NCBI RefSeq assembly: GCF_006345805.1
Contig: NC_043011.1
Span: forward strand, 992,001-1,056,000
Length of the DNA stretch: 64,000 nt
Source of the DNA: Octopus sinensis
Taxonomy: Eukaryota
Direction of reading: 5' to 3'
Below, one piece after another: positions 25,802 through 37,845 of the stretch (positions are counted from its first letter, which is position 1; each line of letters begins with the position of its first letter). Under the pieces are notes generated by a model. The model was given only the letters and a program-made list of their open reading frames with translations. It searched no databases and was not told the origin of the DNA. Made by a program: the position numbers and the translations under genes.

Positions 25802-28800
25802 CTATCTCGCATTTGTGAGGGACCTTTTATTCGCCACATTCTTCCACCTTTCATCGAACACTTTCTTACTCAGGCTCCTCCTCTCCAGTTCTATTTGTCT
25901 TTTCAGGTGGAATTTGAAGTATTCCACAAGACTAGAACCGGAGATGAAGTCGCCTGTTAGCATCCCTTTCACCCGCGTCTTCCATACTGCCTGTTTCGCA
26001 ATTGAAACCACAGAGAGAAAACAATTCTTACCTTCTTTCGTTAAGAAATCAGGTGGGCTGATTTTCACAATGGATTCGGCTGATAGCTGTACTCTTCCTC
26101 CACTTGACATCAGTTGTTCGGCATAAACCCACATGTCTGTCACCTCCGGGCACTGCACGATCGCGTGCGAGACGGTTTCCCCGTCTCGCCCACATCTCGC
26201 GCAGGTCGGGCTGACTGGGCACCATGCCTTGCGAGTTTATCTCGAACAGGTAAGGCTCCTCGGTAACACTGCCAAGCCAAAGACTTCTGGAAATTATCCA
26301 GTGCCTTCGGCCCGAATGTACGTTGGAACAGACTGGCCAGCTGATTATCGTCGAAACCTAGGGTTTCCCCTAGCGTATCATCGTTACCGGCCTCTACAAA
26401 ACCTCTATAAAACACAGCGGTAGAACCACTGCCGCAGGCATTGCCCGAGCGACGGAATAGTCGGAGTGCCGCAAGGCACTCCGTGTACCATGTACCCAAC
26501 TTCGATCTACGATTATACCAGTCTTCCCGTCCACCGAAACTGGTGAACCTGGGAAACATCTGCTTCGCCAGCGGAGACCACACCCGTTCACCATCTAGAT
26601 GGAGCCACAGGTGCCTTAGCCTTAGCGCATTTCTGCGCATCATTAGCCACGGCATCCCTAGTCCACCCTGTAACGGTTTTTGACAACAAATAGAGCGTTT
26701 CACAAGTGGTTTCGAGCCCTTCCACAAAAAGTGAAAGAGCTGTCTCTCCAACTTGTTCAACCACGAATCCGGGCAAGGCACGACGGCAAGGCGGTAGGTG
26801 ATCACCGATGCGATAAACACATTGGCTACCTCCGCCCTACCTTTCAGGGATAACCACCGCCAAGACCAGGTCTTGACTACTGCGGTCACCCTGCTCGATA
26901 CCTCGCTCCAGTTCTTCTCTATTTGGAGGCCTGGTCCAAACCAGACCCCGAGCAACTTAATCGGGCCCTCCGTCCAACGTCCCACGACGCTGTCTGGAGG
27001 CATCGACTTGCCTCTCCAGGTGCCGAGTTGCAAGCCGACTGACTTTTCACGATTAACCTTTGCTCCTGTCACCGTCTCGTAAACCTCTATGGCCTTGCCT
27101 ACTTTACGTAGGAGGTCCATTTCGGTCACGATGATAGTGATGTCATCCGCGTACGCCGAAACCGACATTCCACGACCTGGCTGCCTCGGGATGCCACTCA
27201 GTTTTCGCAGCAGCGGCTCGAGAGCTACTACATACAAAAGCGGGGAGAGCGGACATCCCTGACGGACCGAGCGTTTGACCTTGAACGGCTTAGAAATAAA
27301 GCCGTTCACCCGAACTACCGAGTCGACGTTGTCATACATTTGTATGATCCACCTGAGGAAGCCAAGACCCAGGCCGAACTGAGCCAGGACGGACACCAGG
27401 TAACGATGGTCGACCCTATCGAAAGCTTTTGACTGGTCTAAATGGACCACTGCCCCTCCCTTGCCGGGATCATTATCCATTCCCTCTATCGTGTATCTAA
27501 TTAGATGGAGATTATCCTGAATGGTTCTGCCCGGTACGGCGCACGTTTGCGCTTTCCCGATCAGTCCATTCGCGACATGCGCCAATCTGTTCGATAACAC
27601 TTTGGCCAAAATCTTCAACTCTGCGTTAAGCAGAGTGCTGGGCCTGAAATTATCAATGACGTCCCCCTTGCTCTGGTCCTTCCTGACTAGTGTCACCACT
27701 CCCCGGCGCACAGATCTGGGTATGAACCCATTCTGCTGCCAGTTCGCGTAGACGTCCGCCAGTAAGTCCCCGAACAAGTCCGGCATACTTTTATAAAGCT
27801 CGTAGGGCAGACCATCCAGTCCCGGCGCCTTACCCGCAACGCAGTCTGCCATGGCCTCCATTACCTCCTCAGGCGTGATCGGCTTCTCATTACACTCCGC
27901 ATCCTGCCCCGAGAGGCGCGGCAGTCCGTCAAGAAGGTCCGTTAGGTCCCTCCTCTCATCCGGCCCGCCGCCACCCCCAAAGAGCTGGGCGAAGTGGTCC
28001 TGAAAAGCTTGACACATCTCCTCGGGCTCGTCTGTCAACTTACCTTGTTGGTTCGTCAGAGATCGAATTGTGGCATCGTTACCACGTTGGGCTTCCACCA
28101 CTCGGGCCCATCTCGCGGCATTAATTCCTTCGCTCCCCATTGTACGTTGTCTAGCTCTGACAATGCAACCCATGTGTTTGGCTTCGAGGTGCTGGTTTAA
28201 AACCAGTCTCTTGGCCTTCACCTGAGCCGCGTTGCCAGTTCGCATTGCTTCCTCTAGGTCCTTAACTAGAGTAGTTTCTTTTCTAGCCTCTCTAGCTACG
28301 AGATCTATACTATATCTAATAGACTCATATCTTATGGCTCGCTTGAGGGCATACCACCATTTGTTATTGATAATGGAGCCGGTCATGGCCCTCTGGATCA
28401 TTAACCTAATCCTGTCACTGTACTCCTTAATCGCCAAAAGGGACGTATTAAGTTTCTAGTAACCAGGACCTCTAATTATCTTATCTACGTCTAGCTTACA
28501 GGTGACCATCTTGTGGTCACTGTAGCTGACTATGTGGAGCTGTGGACTCTTAACTAGGTTTCTATCTACCTTCCTAATTAAAATCCTGTCTATGTATGAC
28601 CTTGACGATCCGTCGCTGTTTGTCCATGTCCACAATGGAGCGTCCGGATGTTCCAGTCTATATGGATCTACCAGCTCAAAACGTCTTAGTAGATCCAGGA
28701 AGCAAGCATTTCTTTCCTGTCTGTTTGCGAGCCTACACAGTCTACCCGCACATTGCAGATTGTGTTGTAGTCTCCTAACATTACTAAAGGGCACGATGTA

Positions 28801-29192
28801 CTGAGAAACTTCTCCAGGTTCCGAAAATACTTACTATTCCCCTTATTATTGGGGGCGTAAACCGCAACCAGTCTGATTGTCTTACGACTGCTGAACGTCA
28901 AATCAACGACGACCAGCCTACCTTCTGGATCTGCAAAAATCAACTTTTTCCCAGAAACCCGGTTCTTTTTCACCAGGACCAACACCCCACTTCCGCCGAC
29001 CGACGGGTTCGGAGAGATAATTCTCTCGTAACCGTCGAACAGCGGGAGCAGATCTCTTGGCCCTTTTAACCGGGTTTCTGTGGCAACAACAACATCTAAA
29101 TCCCGTGACCTGATGTCATTTAGGAAGCGCCCTTGCTTCCAGCTCGCCATCAGGCCACGCACATTTACGCATCCTACACAAATACGAAACAT
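25802..29192 (-). pseudogene. LINE A ORF2 (APE-RT-zinc finger) with three lesions
   Basis: NVRGL, VVATET, YAPN, GDYN, SYIDRIL, SDH (APE); KAPGLDGL, DQSKAFDRV, RQGCPLSPLLY, YADD (RT); C..C...ETVSHA..QCP. Frameshift near 28720, in-frame TAG at 28456-28458 (expected W of WKLN), frameshift near 26200. Confidence 0.9.
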
Positions 29193-29202
29193 TTACTTAC
29201 CT

Positions 29203-30861
29203 TTATGTCGGTGTCCCTGTTGGTCGGGGGGTGAAGTCCGCTTTAATAAGTGACTCGTGTACATCGAGCCGCGGACCCCTTATGTCCCCTGAATACTGCG
29301 CATTTAAAATATTAAAGTTTAGCAAATCCATTTTGTATATTTCTACATTTTTTAAAAATTTTCTGTGTGTTTGTATTTTTTCAGCGGTTGGGATGTTTCC
29401 CATCCCGCTGCTTAAACTGTCGTTGTCTTTGTTGATGGCTGCATAAACTACTTGGAACTCCGTGATTTTCTTTTGGGGGCTTTGTGGGGGTGATGGGGAG
29501 AAGGGGGAGGAGGAGTTTGGGGAGTATGTAGGGGAGGAGCACGGGGAGGTCATTTGGAGGGGAGGGTAATGTATGGTACTGTGGGGTGGGGGTGATTCGT
29601 GTTGGTCTGGGGGGGTCTTATCTTTTTTTTCCTTTTGTGGAGTACCGTGTTTGGGTGGGGTGGGTTTCCCCTCCTGGGTGTTACTCTTTTTTGTACTATG
29701 ATTGGGTATATTTAGGTCCGTATTTTTCCTTTTTTTCATTTTTCTGGGTATCACGAAATCGTCATCCCCCTCTTGTTTTTTTCCTTCTTCTGTTTCAGTC
29801 GTTTTCTTCCTCCTCTCCTCTTCAGCTTTTTTCCTTGCTTCTTCTTCTTCTTTCTTGCGGGTGGGGCATTCTGCTCGGATGTGGCCCTTTTCTCCACACC
29901 CGTAGCATCTGGGCTTACGCCCTTCGACCACCACCCGCAAGTTTATTTCGTCGTCGTAATTAATGCACTCAGGCACCTCCTCTAACGTTTCCGGCGCCGC
30001 TTGCACTATTATCTGTAAAGCTTGTCCCTTCCAATTCTCCTTCTGGGTTCTGACGATGTTTACGATATTAATTTTTTCTTTCAGTCCCATAAACAGGGCT
30101 GGAATGAGGCTTTCTACCTCAATTTCTGGTAGTATGTCATCTATTTTAATTTTTATTGTTCTTCTCCCCATATACGAGGGGAGAAGAATTATATCTGTAG
30201 TTTTTAAAGGGTTGATCGAGTGTTTCCTCGCCTGTTCCTCCTCTTTAAAGTAGACCATTATCGTTGCATATTTCTTACCCCATGTAACGAAGTCAATATC
30301 CGTCCATATTGGTTTGAGACATTTTTCGGCCTGCTCTTTTGTTATTTTTTCTATTTTCTTTTCCTTAATGATAAACGATTTAAAAATTACCATTTTCTTC
30401 ATGGTCCTGGTTTTTATTTCTTGTGGGAGGGTGGCTTTTATGTTGTTCCCCTCCCTTTTGTACCTGTCCTTGTATTTGTCGTAATCAATGTCTTCCGGTT
30501 TAATTTCTTCAGTTCTTCTGCCGGCTGCGGCAGCAAAGTTGTACGTTTTTTTCTCGGTTTCAACCGCTGGTGAACTTGGTTTGGATACATTTTTCGACAA
30601 AGTGTTTTCCTTTGTAGGCGAACCTACAATATTTTTCTCGTTTTCTACTGCTGGTGAACTTGGTTTGGAATCAATAGTGTTTTTCTTTGTAGGAGAACCT
30701 ACGATATTTTCTTTAGAAGGTGAACCTTCATTGGCAACATCTTCGAATGTTTTATCTATTTTCAACAAATGAATGTATTTTTTTTTTTTTTGTTTAATTG
30801 CGCTACAACGCACAATATATTTCACACAATATTTCCTCTCCTTAAAGGAGGGGAATAACAA
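29203..30861 (-). CDS. LINE A ORF1, gag-like RNA-binding protein (552 aa, intact)
   Basis: CYGCGEKGHIRAEC knuckle, charged coiled segment and P/S-rich tail. Stops 10 nt before the ORF2 ATG. Confidence 0.88.
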   Translation of the reverse strand: MLFPSFKERKYCVKYIVRCSAIKQKKKKYIHLLKIDKTFEDVANEGSPSKENIVGSPTKKNTIDSKPSSPAVENEKNIVGSPTKENTLSKNVSKPSSPAVETEKKTYNFAAAAGRRTEEIKPEDIDYDKYKDRYKREGNNIKATLPQEIKTRTMKKMVIFKSFIIKEKKIEKITKEQAEKCLKPIWTDIDFVTWGKKYATIMVYFKEEEQARKHSINPLKTTDIILLPSYMGRRTIKIKIDDILPEIEVESLIPALFMGLKEKINIVNIVRTQKENWKGQALQIIVQAAPETLEEVPECINYDDEINLRVVVEGRKPRCYGCGEKGHIRAECPTRKKEEEEARKKAEEERRKKTTETEEGKKQEGDDDFVIPRKMKKRKNTDLNIPNHSTKKSNTQEGKPTPPKHGTPQKEKKDKTPPDQHESPPPHSTIHYPPLQMTSPCSSPTYSPNSSSPFSPSPPQSPQKKITEFQVVYAAINKDNDSLSSGMGNIPTAEKIQTHRKFLKNVEIYKMDLLNFNILNAQYSGDIRGPRLDVHESLIKADFTPRPTGTPT

Positions 30862-30992
30862 AGCTTTCCTGGTTCAAAAACCAGTTAAAGTTCAATATAA
30901 CAATTTAACAAACAATTTTTAAACAAACAATTTCAACACAATTTTAACAATATTTTGGCTCACGTGAAAAACACAACCGACTCCTTCAAAAA

Positions 30993-31034
30993 TTCTTTGC
31001 CGAATTTCAAATTCTTTATTACCCACTAGGGGCG
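30993..31034. repeat. 42-bp direct repeat, copy 3
   Basis: Identical to copies 1 and 2; followed by tgtggtgaacac (host repeat). Confidence 0.95.
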
Positions 31035-31326
31035 TGTGGTGAACACAGTTCACGTCAAACAGCTGACTGAGTACAGTTCACTATTCAATGCATGGGATAA
31101 GGCCTAAACAAGCACATTATCGATTTTTGCACTTGCGAGATGAATTTCGAAACAGAAATAGCGCAGTTCAATTTTCATTCGCCTAAACTTTAAGTGACAC
31201 ATTTTTGGTGGTTCTACGATTTGTTGGCTAGGAGGAGATGTGCCGGGAAGTTAAACACACAGACACACACACAGATACACACACAGACACACACACAGAT
31301 ACACAAGTTGAGTTTTATATATATAA
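31035..31326 (-). mobile_element. Helitron-like element, 5' part
   Basis: Ends with an (acagacacac)n microsatellite and gagttttatatatata, a layout typical of non-autonomous Helitron-derived repeats. A canonical 5'-TC is not seen (probably mutated). Confidence 0.45.
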
Positions 31327-31726
31327 ATTTAATATGTGACAATTATTCTGAAATTTAATATGTTACAATTATTCAGTAGCCATGATAAAACTCCGAGTTT
31401 GGGATGTCGGGGTGGAAACCCATGCCGCTATCTCTTCACTTATAAGGCCATCAAAAAATGCTATGAAAATGACCGCTAATTAAGGGGAGGGAGTAAAGAA
31501 AGGTAAGGAGTCAAAATGTTCATAGTAATCACGTAAGTGCGCATGTCCATACATACACATGCGCGCCCGAACACCCACGTACATGCGCCCATATGTATAT
31601 ACTCATCCACCTTCACTTGTAAAACACACATGCTCACTCACACATTCGCCAAAAACTATATACATACCTGCATACACGCTCGCACACGCGCACAAAAATG
31701 GTTCATACATACGCCTGTATACGCAC

Positions 31727-32290
31727 ATGCACAAGAAAAAACAGGGCTAAAGGCAAAATACAAAAAATGATGTGTAATATAGTGTAAAAAATAAGCAATA
31801 AGAGTAAAAACACGTCTATATACGCACATACCCGCACACATCCACACGCGCGCACAAAAGATTCCATATACACGTCTATATACGCACAGGAAAAATGCAG
31901 GGTGGAAGGTAAAATACAGAAAAATATGTGTAAAAAATATTTGAGCAATAAAACTATAAAATAATATCTGTAAATATGTAAAAATATATATAAAAAATAG
32001 TTTTTTAAAAATATATTTTTATAGTTTTATTGCTCATATATTTTTTTACACATAATTTTTCTGTATTCTACCTTCCACCCTGCATTTTTCCTGTGCGTAT
32101 ATAGACGTACACGTCTATATACGCACAGGAAAAATGCAGGGTGGAATTTTTTGTGCGCGCGTGTGGATGTGTGCGTGTGTGTTGGTATGTGCGTATATAG
32201 ACGTGTTTTACTCTTACTGCTTATTTTTTACACCTTTTTTACACATTTTTCTGTATTTTGCCTTTAGCTCTGTTTTTTTCTTGTGCATGT
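31727..32290. repeat. Compound foldback (nested inverted repeats)
   Basis: About 31727-31995 is mirrored by about 32005-32290. An extra perfect 36-bp-arm palindrome lies at 32073-32146 with a 2-nt spacer. Confidence 0.8.
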
Positions 32291-33136
32291 TTTTCATCCT
32301 GCAGTGTCCAACAAAAACCACCCTCCTTACCAAGGAATCTTAGTAGGCTTACCAGTTTTTTGACTGAAGGCCCAACCATGAGAAAGGTTGTACACACACA
32401 CACATACACGCGCGCGCACGATCGCCTCAAATGCGGGAGACTCAGGTACGCTATTTCTAAGTATGAGGCCTGCGTTCGCACTCATCACGTCATATAATTC
32501 AAATATAGAATCTAAACGCATTAACGCAAATATAGAATCTAACGCTGTCAAATGCGAAATTGCTTGCTTTTTTTCCCGCAATGTTCCCTTTCAATTTCTG
32601 GCTTTATCCTCATATTTACTGATACACCCATTGTAACCTTTCATCTCTCTCTCTCTCTCTCACACACAGAACATTTTAACTGCATTTTCAAATTTCATTT
32701 CACTTGAGCACATCTATGTGACATCTATTCTATTGATTGAGATACATGGCGTACATTCAGATATCGTCTTTATTTTGAATCCAAACTTTCTCTGCGTTGT
32801 TCTTTTATCTATCCGCATTCCATTACACTATTAGACATTTGTTTGAAGCTGTGAAACGAAGCGTCTTACTGCCAATTAGTAACAACATTTTCTTTCACTT
32901 TGAATTTACTAATGTTTTCTGCGTATTTATTCATTTTATATTGGAGAGAAACATCGTGAAAAATCATTGTGTTCCATTGAATCTTCCTCACACAGTCTTA
33001 TATTCATTGAAATCAGACATTTATTTGTAGTCGTTACATAATTATGTACTGAACATGCATTACTGTTTTTTTTCACTAGTCTTTTTTTAGTTTAGATGAG
33101 ATAAGTTCATGATTTCATTATGTCCAACATTCCTAA

Positions 33137-33260
33137 GGTGGCGAGCTGGCAGAATCGTTAGCATGCCGGTCAAAATGTTTAGTGTTATTTTGTCTGCTGC
33201 TACGTTCTGAGTTCAAATTCCACCGAGGTTGATTTTGCCTTTCATCCTTTCAGGGTTAAT
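33137..33260 (+). mobile_element. tRNA-derived SINE 5' fragment
   Basis: ggtggcgagctggcagaatcgttag...gagttcaaattccaccgagg (A- and B-box-like); same family as 36790 and 37630. Confidence 0.75.
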
Positions 33261-33350
33261 ATATATATATATGTGTGTGTGTGTTAAATAAAATGAGACG
33301 ACAAATCCAAGGCTGTGTGGAGTTTTCAGAACATTTATAAAGAGAAATTA

Positions 33351-33398
33351 GTCTTACAGCTGTTTCTGGGATATTAGAGACATCTCTTCATCAGAAAC
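33351..33398 (-). ncRNA. Minimal type I HHR at a PLE terminus
   Basis: GTTT-CTGATGA-agagatgtctctaatatccca-GAAA-CAGCTG-TA-AGAC: intact core, palindromic stem III (ACAGCTGT), GUA triplet. Stem II is imperfect. Confidence 0.65.
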
Positions 33399-34228
33399 GA
33401 TGTGAAATGGTTCAATAGAGGGAAATATTAGAGTTCAATATAGTAGTTATTTTGGAAAAGGAGGCAAATTAGAAGTATATAAGGAAATAGGAGAATAAAT
33501 GTAAAAATAAAAATGTATAAAGATATTATAGCTGCAGTTCCATTATCCAAGGAAAGTGGTGTGTAGAAGTGGTATAAATGCTTCCTGTCCGTTGTATGTA
33601 AATTCCAATAGGAGTTCATATTTTGTCATCACAAATGGAAAGTGTGGAGACGTAGATTCCATGTGCTTGTCCTTCAAAGGGGTTTTATGGTGTGAATGAA
33701 AATTTGAGAATGTAGTGATAGTATAAAGTGGATAGAGAGGGGAGAAGAGATGTGTGTGTTAAAATGAAGAGGTCAAAGGAAAAGGTGAGAAAAGTAGGAA
33801 AGAAAGAGGGAGAGGAAATCAAAAGAAGAGAAAAAGAAAAAGTGTAAAGAAAGGAAAAAGAAAAGGAAAACGGAGTGTTGGTTGGTGGTCAAGATATTAA
33901 AAGGGGTGATGGGAGAGGAGTAGGGGAGGGGAAGAAAGGGATAAGAATGTAAGTAATGAATATTTGTGAGGTGTGGTGTTATGTTAGAATGGGTACAGAA
34001 AAGGGTATAGTAGGGGGTATTTTCTAAAGTGAGTAGTAAACTACAAAACGGAAGGGAAGGATACTAAGAATGGTCAGTTTCTATAGACTTATGTGTTTTT
34101 ATTCTAATGGCTAATATGAGAATGTGGGTAGAGAAATCAGAGAAAGAAAGAAAGAAGTGTATATTGATATACATGTGTGTACATGTATGCCTTATTATAT
34201 AGGCCTGCATACCCGTATGAATGCTTGC

Positions 34229-34281
<53 letters not shown>

Positions 34282-34659
34282 ATATATATATATACACACA
34301 TACATACATATACATACATATGCATGCACACACAAGCATACATACATACACATATATATACATACACACATACCCATGAATACATGCATATATGTATACA
34401 CGTGTGTACATACACACGTTTATATGCATGCATACACACACATACACGTGCGCACACACATGCACATATATACATATACATACGTGCATACATCCACATA
34501 CGTACACATATGCATGCCCATATGTGTAGTATTAAACAATTAAAATATGATTGGAGAGTTAAAAAATGAAGTCAAACAGGGTTGTTGGGTATTACCTAAT
34601 TGCTGTTTGGAATATGTGCTGTGTGGTTATTTAGGTTGCATTTAGATTTGTGGTGAAAT

Positions 34660-35480
34660 TTGAAGGTATGGAAAAAGTGGTGGTGGCATGTACCTAGCAC
34701 CTCGTTATATTTATTTAATAGTATTGAAAAGTTGTGTTTAAATATGTGAAATGCCTCTTTTAGGCATAACTTACAGGCTGAGCCTGGACCTTGGTATTGA
34801 AGACCTTAATCTATTATGGACCATGACAGGATGTGGGGAATATTTCTATTTTTGAGATGATGTATGTAACTGGCGAGTATTGTGGATTTACTAGGTTTCT
34901 CGTTTCTAAAAGAGTTGAAATGCACAGCATATCGTTGTTTAAAATTTATAGTTGATACTATATATATGGTTGTAGAATTGTGTAATTGTTGAGTATGGTG
35001 CATTTATAAATTACATTAGACCTTCTGCAATGGCTTTGTAGAGGGCAGATGGTCCCAGGACGGCAGTTACATGGTAGTGCATTGTGGGGATTATTTTCAG
35101 GAATGGAGGGGGTAATACTGTCAGAGGAGAGGTTAAAGACGAGGGTAGATTGGTCTATGTTATTAACATTATTATTACTATTATCATTACTATTTCTATC
35201 GCTGTTGTTATTTATCCTATCTGTAATAGTGGTGGAAGTTGTAGTAGTAGTATTCTGGTTAGTGTTAGTGGGATTGGTAGAGTTTCCGTTGTGGACTAAA
35301 GTATAGGGTTCGATATTGGAGCTATGTATATGTTGGGCCCTCGTGTATTCAGAGTTGTTACAGTGCAAGTTTTGATAATAGAGAGAAAGTTTTCGTTTAT
35401 TATATATATATATATATATATATATATCCTCCTTCTTCCCTTCTTTCCTGAGCGTCCAATAATACTTTATTTGTTCCACA
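34660..35480 (-). pseudogene. Internally deleted Penelope-like element
   Basis: An N-terminal VFNLSS motif is fused directly to the GIY-YIG region (CNCRPG..CPL..VIYKC..FKQRY..H..SFRN..ST.LASYI..LKN..CKLCLKE). The RT is absent. Boundaries approximate. Confidence 0.7.
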
Positions 35481-35519
35481 TCCTTGCGTTGTTGTCTTTT
35501 TGTTTTCTTGTTTGGATTA

Positions 35520-35571
<52 letters not shown>

Positions 35572-35663
35572 ATATAGGGAAAGTTTATAAAAAAAAACAA
35601 AAGACGAAGACAGGTGGTGTACAAAACAAACAGATGTATTAGTATAACGCTCAGGAATAGAAA

Positions 35664-35700
35664 GTCTTTTACGTTTTGAGCCTACGCTCTTCTACAGAAA
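35664..35700 (-). ncRNA. Degenerate HHR relic
   Basis: ttt-CTGTAGA-agagc gtag gctc-AAAACGT-aaaagac; GAAA is mutated. Confidence 0.35.
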
Positions 35701-35810
35701 GGGACACAGAAAAAAACAAACAGAGAAAAAATGTGTGTAGTGGCTATCTATTTATGTATATCTATCTATGTATATCTACCTATCTCTATTCAGTTGTGTT
35801 TACTTACTTG

Positions 35811-35814
<4 letters not shown>

Positions 35815-35890
<76 letters not shown>
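35815..35890. repeat. (GA)n microsatellite
   Basis: Pure GA run of about 38 units. Confidence 0.95.
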
Positions 35891-35893
<3 letters not shown>

Positions 35894-36789
35894 GTGTTTA
35901 TTTATTCTCGTTTCAAAGTCCATTGTTGTCATTCTTATTGTTATTGTCATTGTTTTGGGATTGTAGGTAATGATCTGTTTAACAGATGTAAAATTTTTAG
36001 TGGTAAAGTGGTGATGAAAATTTTTAAGAAAAGGACCAATGAGTTAAAAAGTTTGAGAAGCATTTCTCCAGCTAATCTCACTAAGAGATATATGCTAAGC
36101 TGAATAAATAGAAGTTAGTGAATATCTCTGCCAGTTCCTGCAACAAGTATGTTTCATTCTTTATAAATACCCTGTAATTTATTTGACACTGGTAAGAAAT
36201 ACTGCAAAAATAACTTGAAGCAATTTTCTTCTTCTTTTTTACAATACAATGTAGCCGAATGACTTGAAATTCATCATTGACAGATAGACACAAGCTCCTA
36301 TGTTGTGTTCACCTTCAAGCGAGGAAACACTGACCAAACACAACATGCTATATTGTCTTCGTTGTGACAAACTATGTTCCTGCTGATTTTGCAAACTAGT
36401 GGAATATAGCTATGCAAGACTTACATTATACCAATGACAGCATTCACAATACCACCTCAATTCAAATAGGTCTGGTACACAGTTAATACACATTTAATAC
36501 AGTTGTACACAGTTAATACAGAAGTTTCCATTTGTGACCCAGCTCAGCACAACCTTGTCAGACTGTCTACCATTGATGTCTTAGCTTCACAGAAGGAGAG
36601 GGAGGGGAGAAGAGAGAGAGGAAGAGAGCAAGAGAGAGGAAGAGAGTGAGAGAGAGAGAGAAAGAAAGAAAGAGAGAGAGAGAGAAACAGCAAACAAGAG
36701 TTCTTTTTTCCGATCACACCAAACATATGCATCTTAAAATTTTCTTTATAGAATATGGACTATGTCACAAAATACTTGGACCAACCGCA

Positions 36790-37009
36790 TTCTTTTCTTT
36801 TCTACTCTAGGCACAAGGCCCGAAATTTTGGGGGAGGGGCCAGTCGATTAGATCGACCCCAGTACACAACTGGTACTTAACTTATCGACCCTGAAAGGAT
36901 GAAAGGCAAAGTCAACCTCGACGGAATTTGAACTCAGAATGTAAAGACAGACAAAATCCTGCTAAGCATTTCGCTCGGTGTGCTGACGTTTCTGCCAGCT
37001 CACTGCCTT
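36790..37009 (-). mobile_element. tRNA-derived SINE
   Basis: Core gtcgattagatcgaccccagtac...gaaaggatgaaaggcaaagtc...ggaatttgaactcag; head is the reverse complement of ggcagtgagctggcagaaacg. Confidence 0.8.
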
Positions 37010-37629
37010 TTTGACCAGCAACATTATCATGCCTGACATATAAACACACACACAGTTAACAAATTTACCTGCAAACTAGCACTGCAACAAATTTTAATAT
37101 ATATGCATACACTTGCTCTTCAATCTTTGCTGACTATTGCTAATATAAGAACCTTTCTCAATTTTTGAATAATTCATGAACTGAAGAATTTGACAGTCAT
37201 CCTCAGTTCATTTAATTTTATTTGGTTTCATGGTTTTGCTATACTACTTTACTGTTGAACTGTACACACGAAGACATTCTATCATTACTTGTCTTTTTTT
37301 TCTCTATAATACATCATACTTCTACCTTGATTGATCTGTTGAGCTAAGAATGGACACAAACTTGCAAGTTGAAGACAGTATGTTCTTTTCCTTTACATCT
37401 TCATATCTTCTTTAACAGATCAACTCTGTGCAATAAGTTAAACATGGTAGTACATTGCTTTTACACTCCAGTCATCTAATGGCCTTTAGTTTTGCTCATT
37501 TGTCTGATGACAAACATATTTGAAGGGGATTCTTGTAGATCATTTCTCTTTATATTGAACCACTAACACCTCTGTTTAGATAAAGGCATTGTATTTAGAT
37601 AACAATATTATATTTGATACTATATATTT

Positions 37630-37845
37630 CTTCACTACCCACAAGAGGCTAAACATAGAGTGGACAAACAAGGACAGACAAAGGGATTAAGTCGATTACA
37701 TCGACCCCAGTATGCAACTGGTACTTTATTTATCGACCCCGAAAGGATGAAAGGCAAAGTCGACCTTGGCGTAATTTGAACTCAGACGAAATGCCACAAA
37801 GTGTTTCGCCCGGTGCGCTAACGATTCTGCCAGCTCGCTGCCTTA
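37630..37845 (-). mobile_element. tRNA-derived SINE (same head and core as 36790, different tail)
   Basis: gattaagtcgattacatcgaccccagt...gaaaggatgaaaggcaaagtcgacc...ctgccagctcgctgcc. Confidence 0.8.

Larger units (their letters stand above)
25589..30992 (-). mobile_element. Tx1-like L1-clade LINE, copy A (full length, ~5.4 kb)
   Basis: ORF1 with CCHC knuckle, ORF2 with APE, RT and C-terminal cysteine motif, no poly(A) tail, bounded by the 42-bp repeat. Confidence 0.92.

Noticed and set aside
17639-31034. 42-bp identical repeats as a CRISPR array or phage att sites
   Set aside because: The spacers are 5-8 kb retroelements, there are no cas or tyrosine/serine integrase genes, and the context is eukaryotic.
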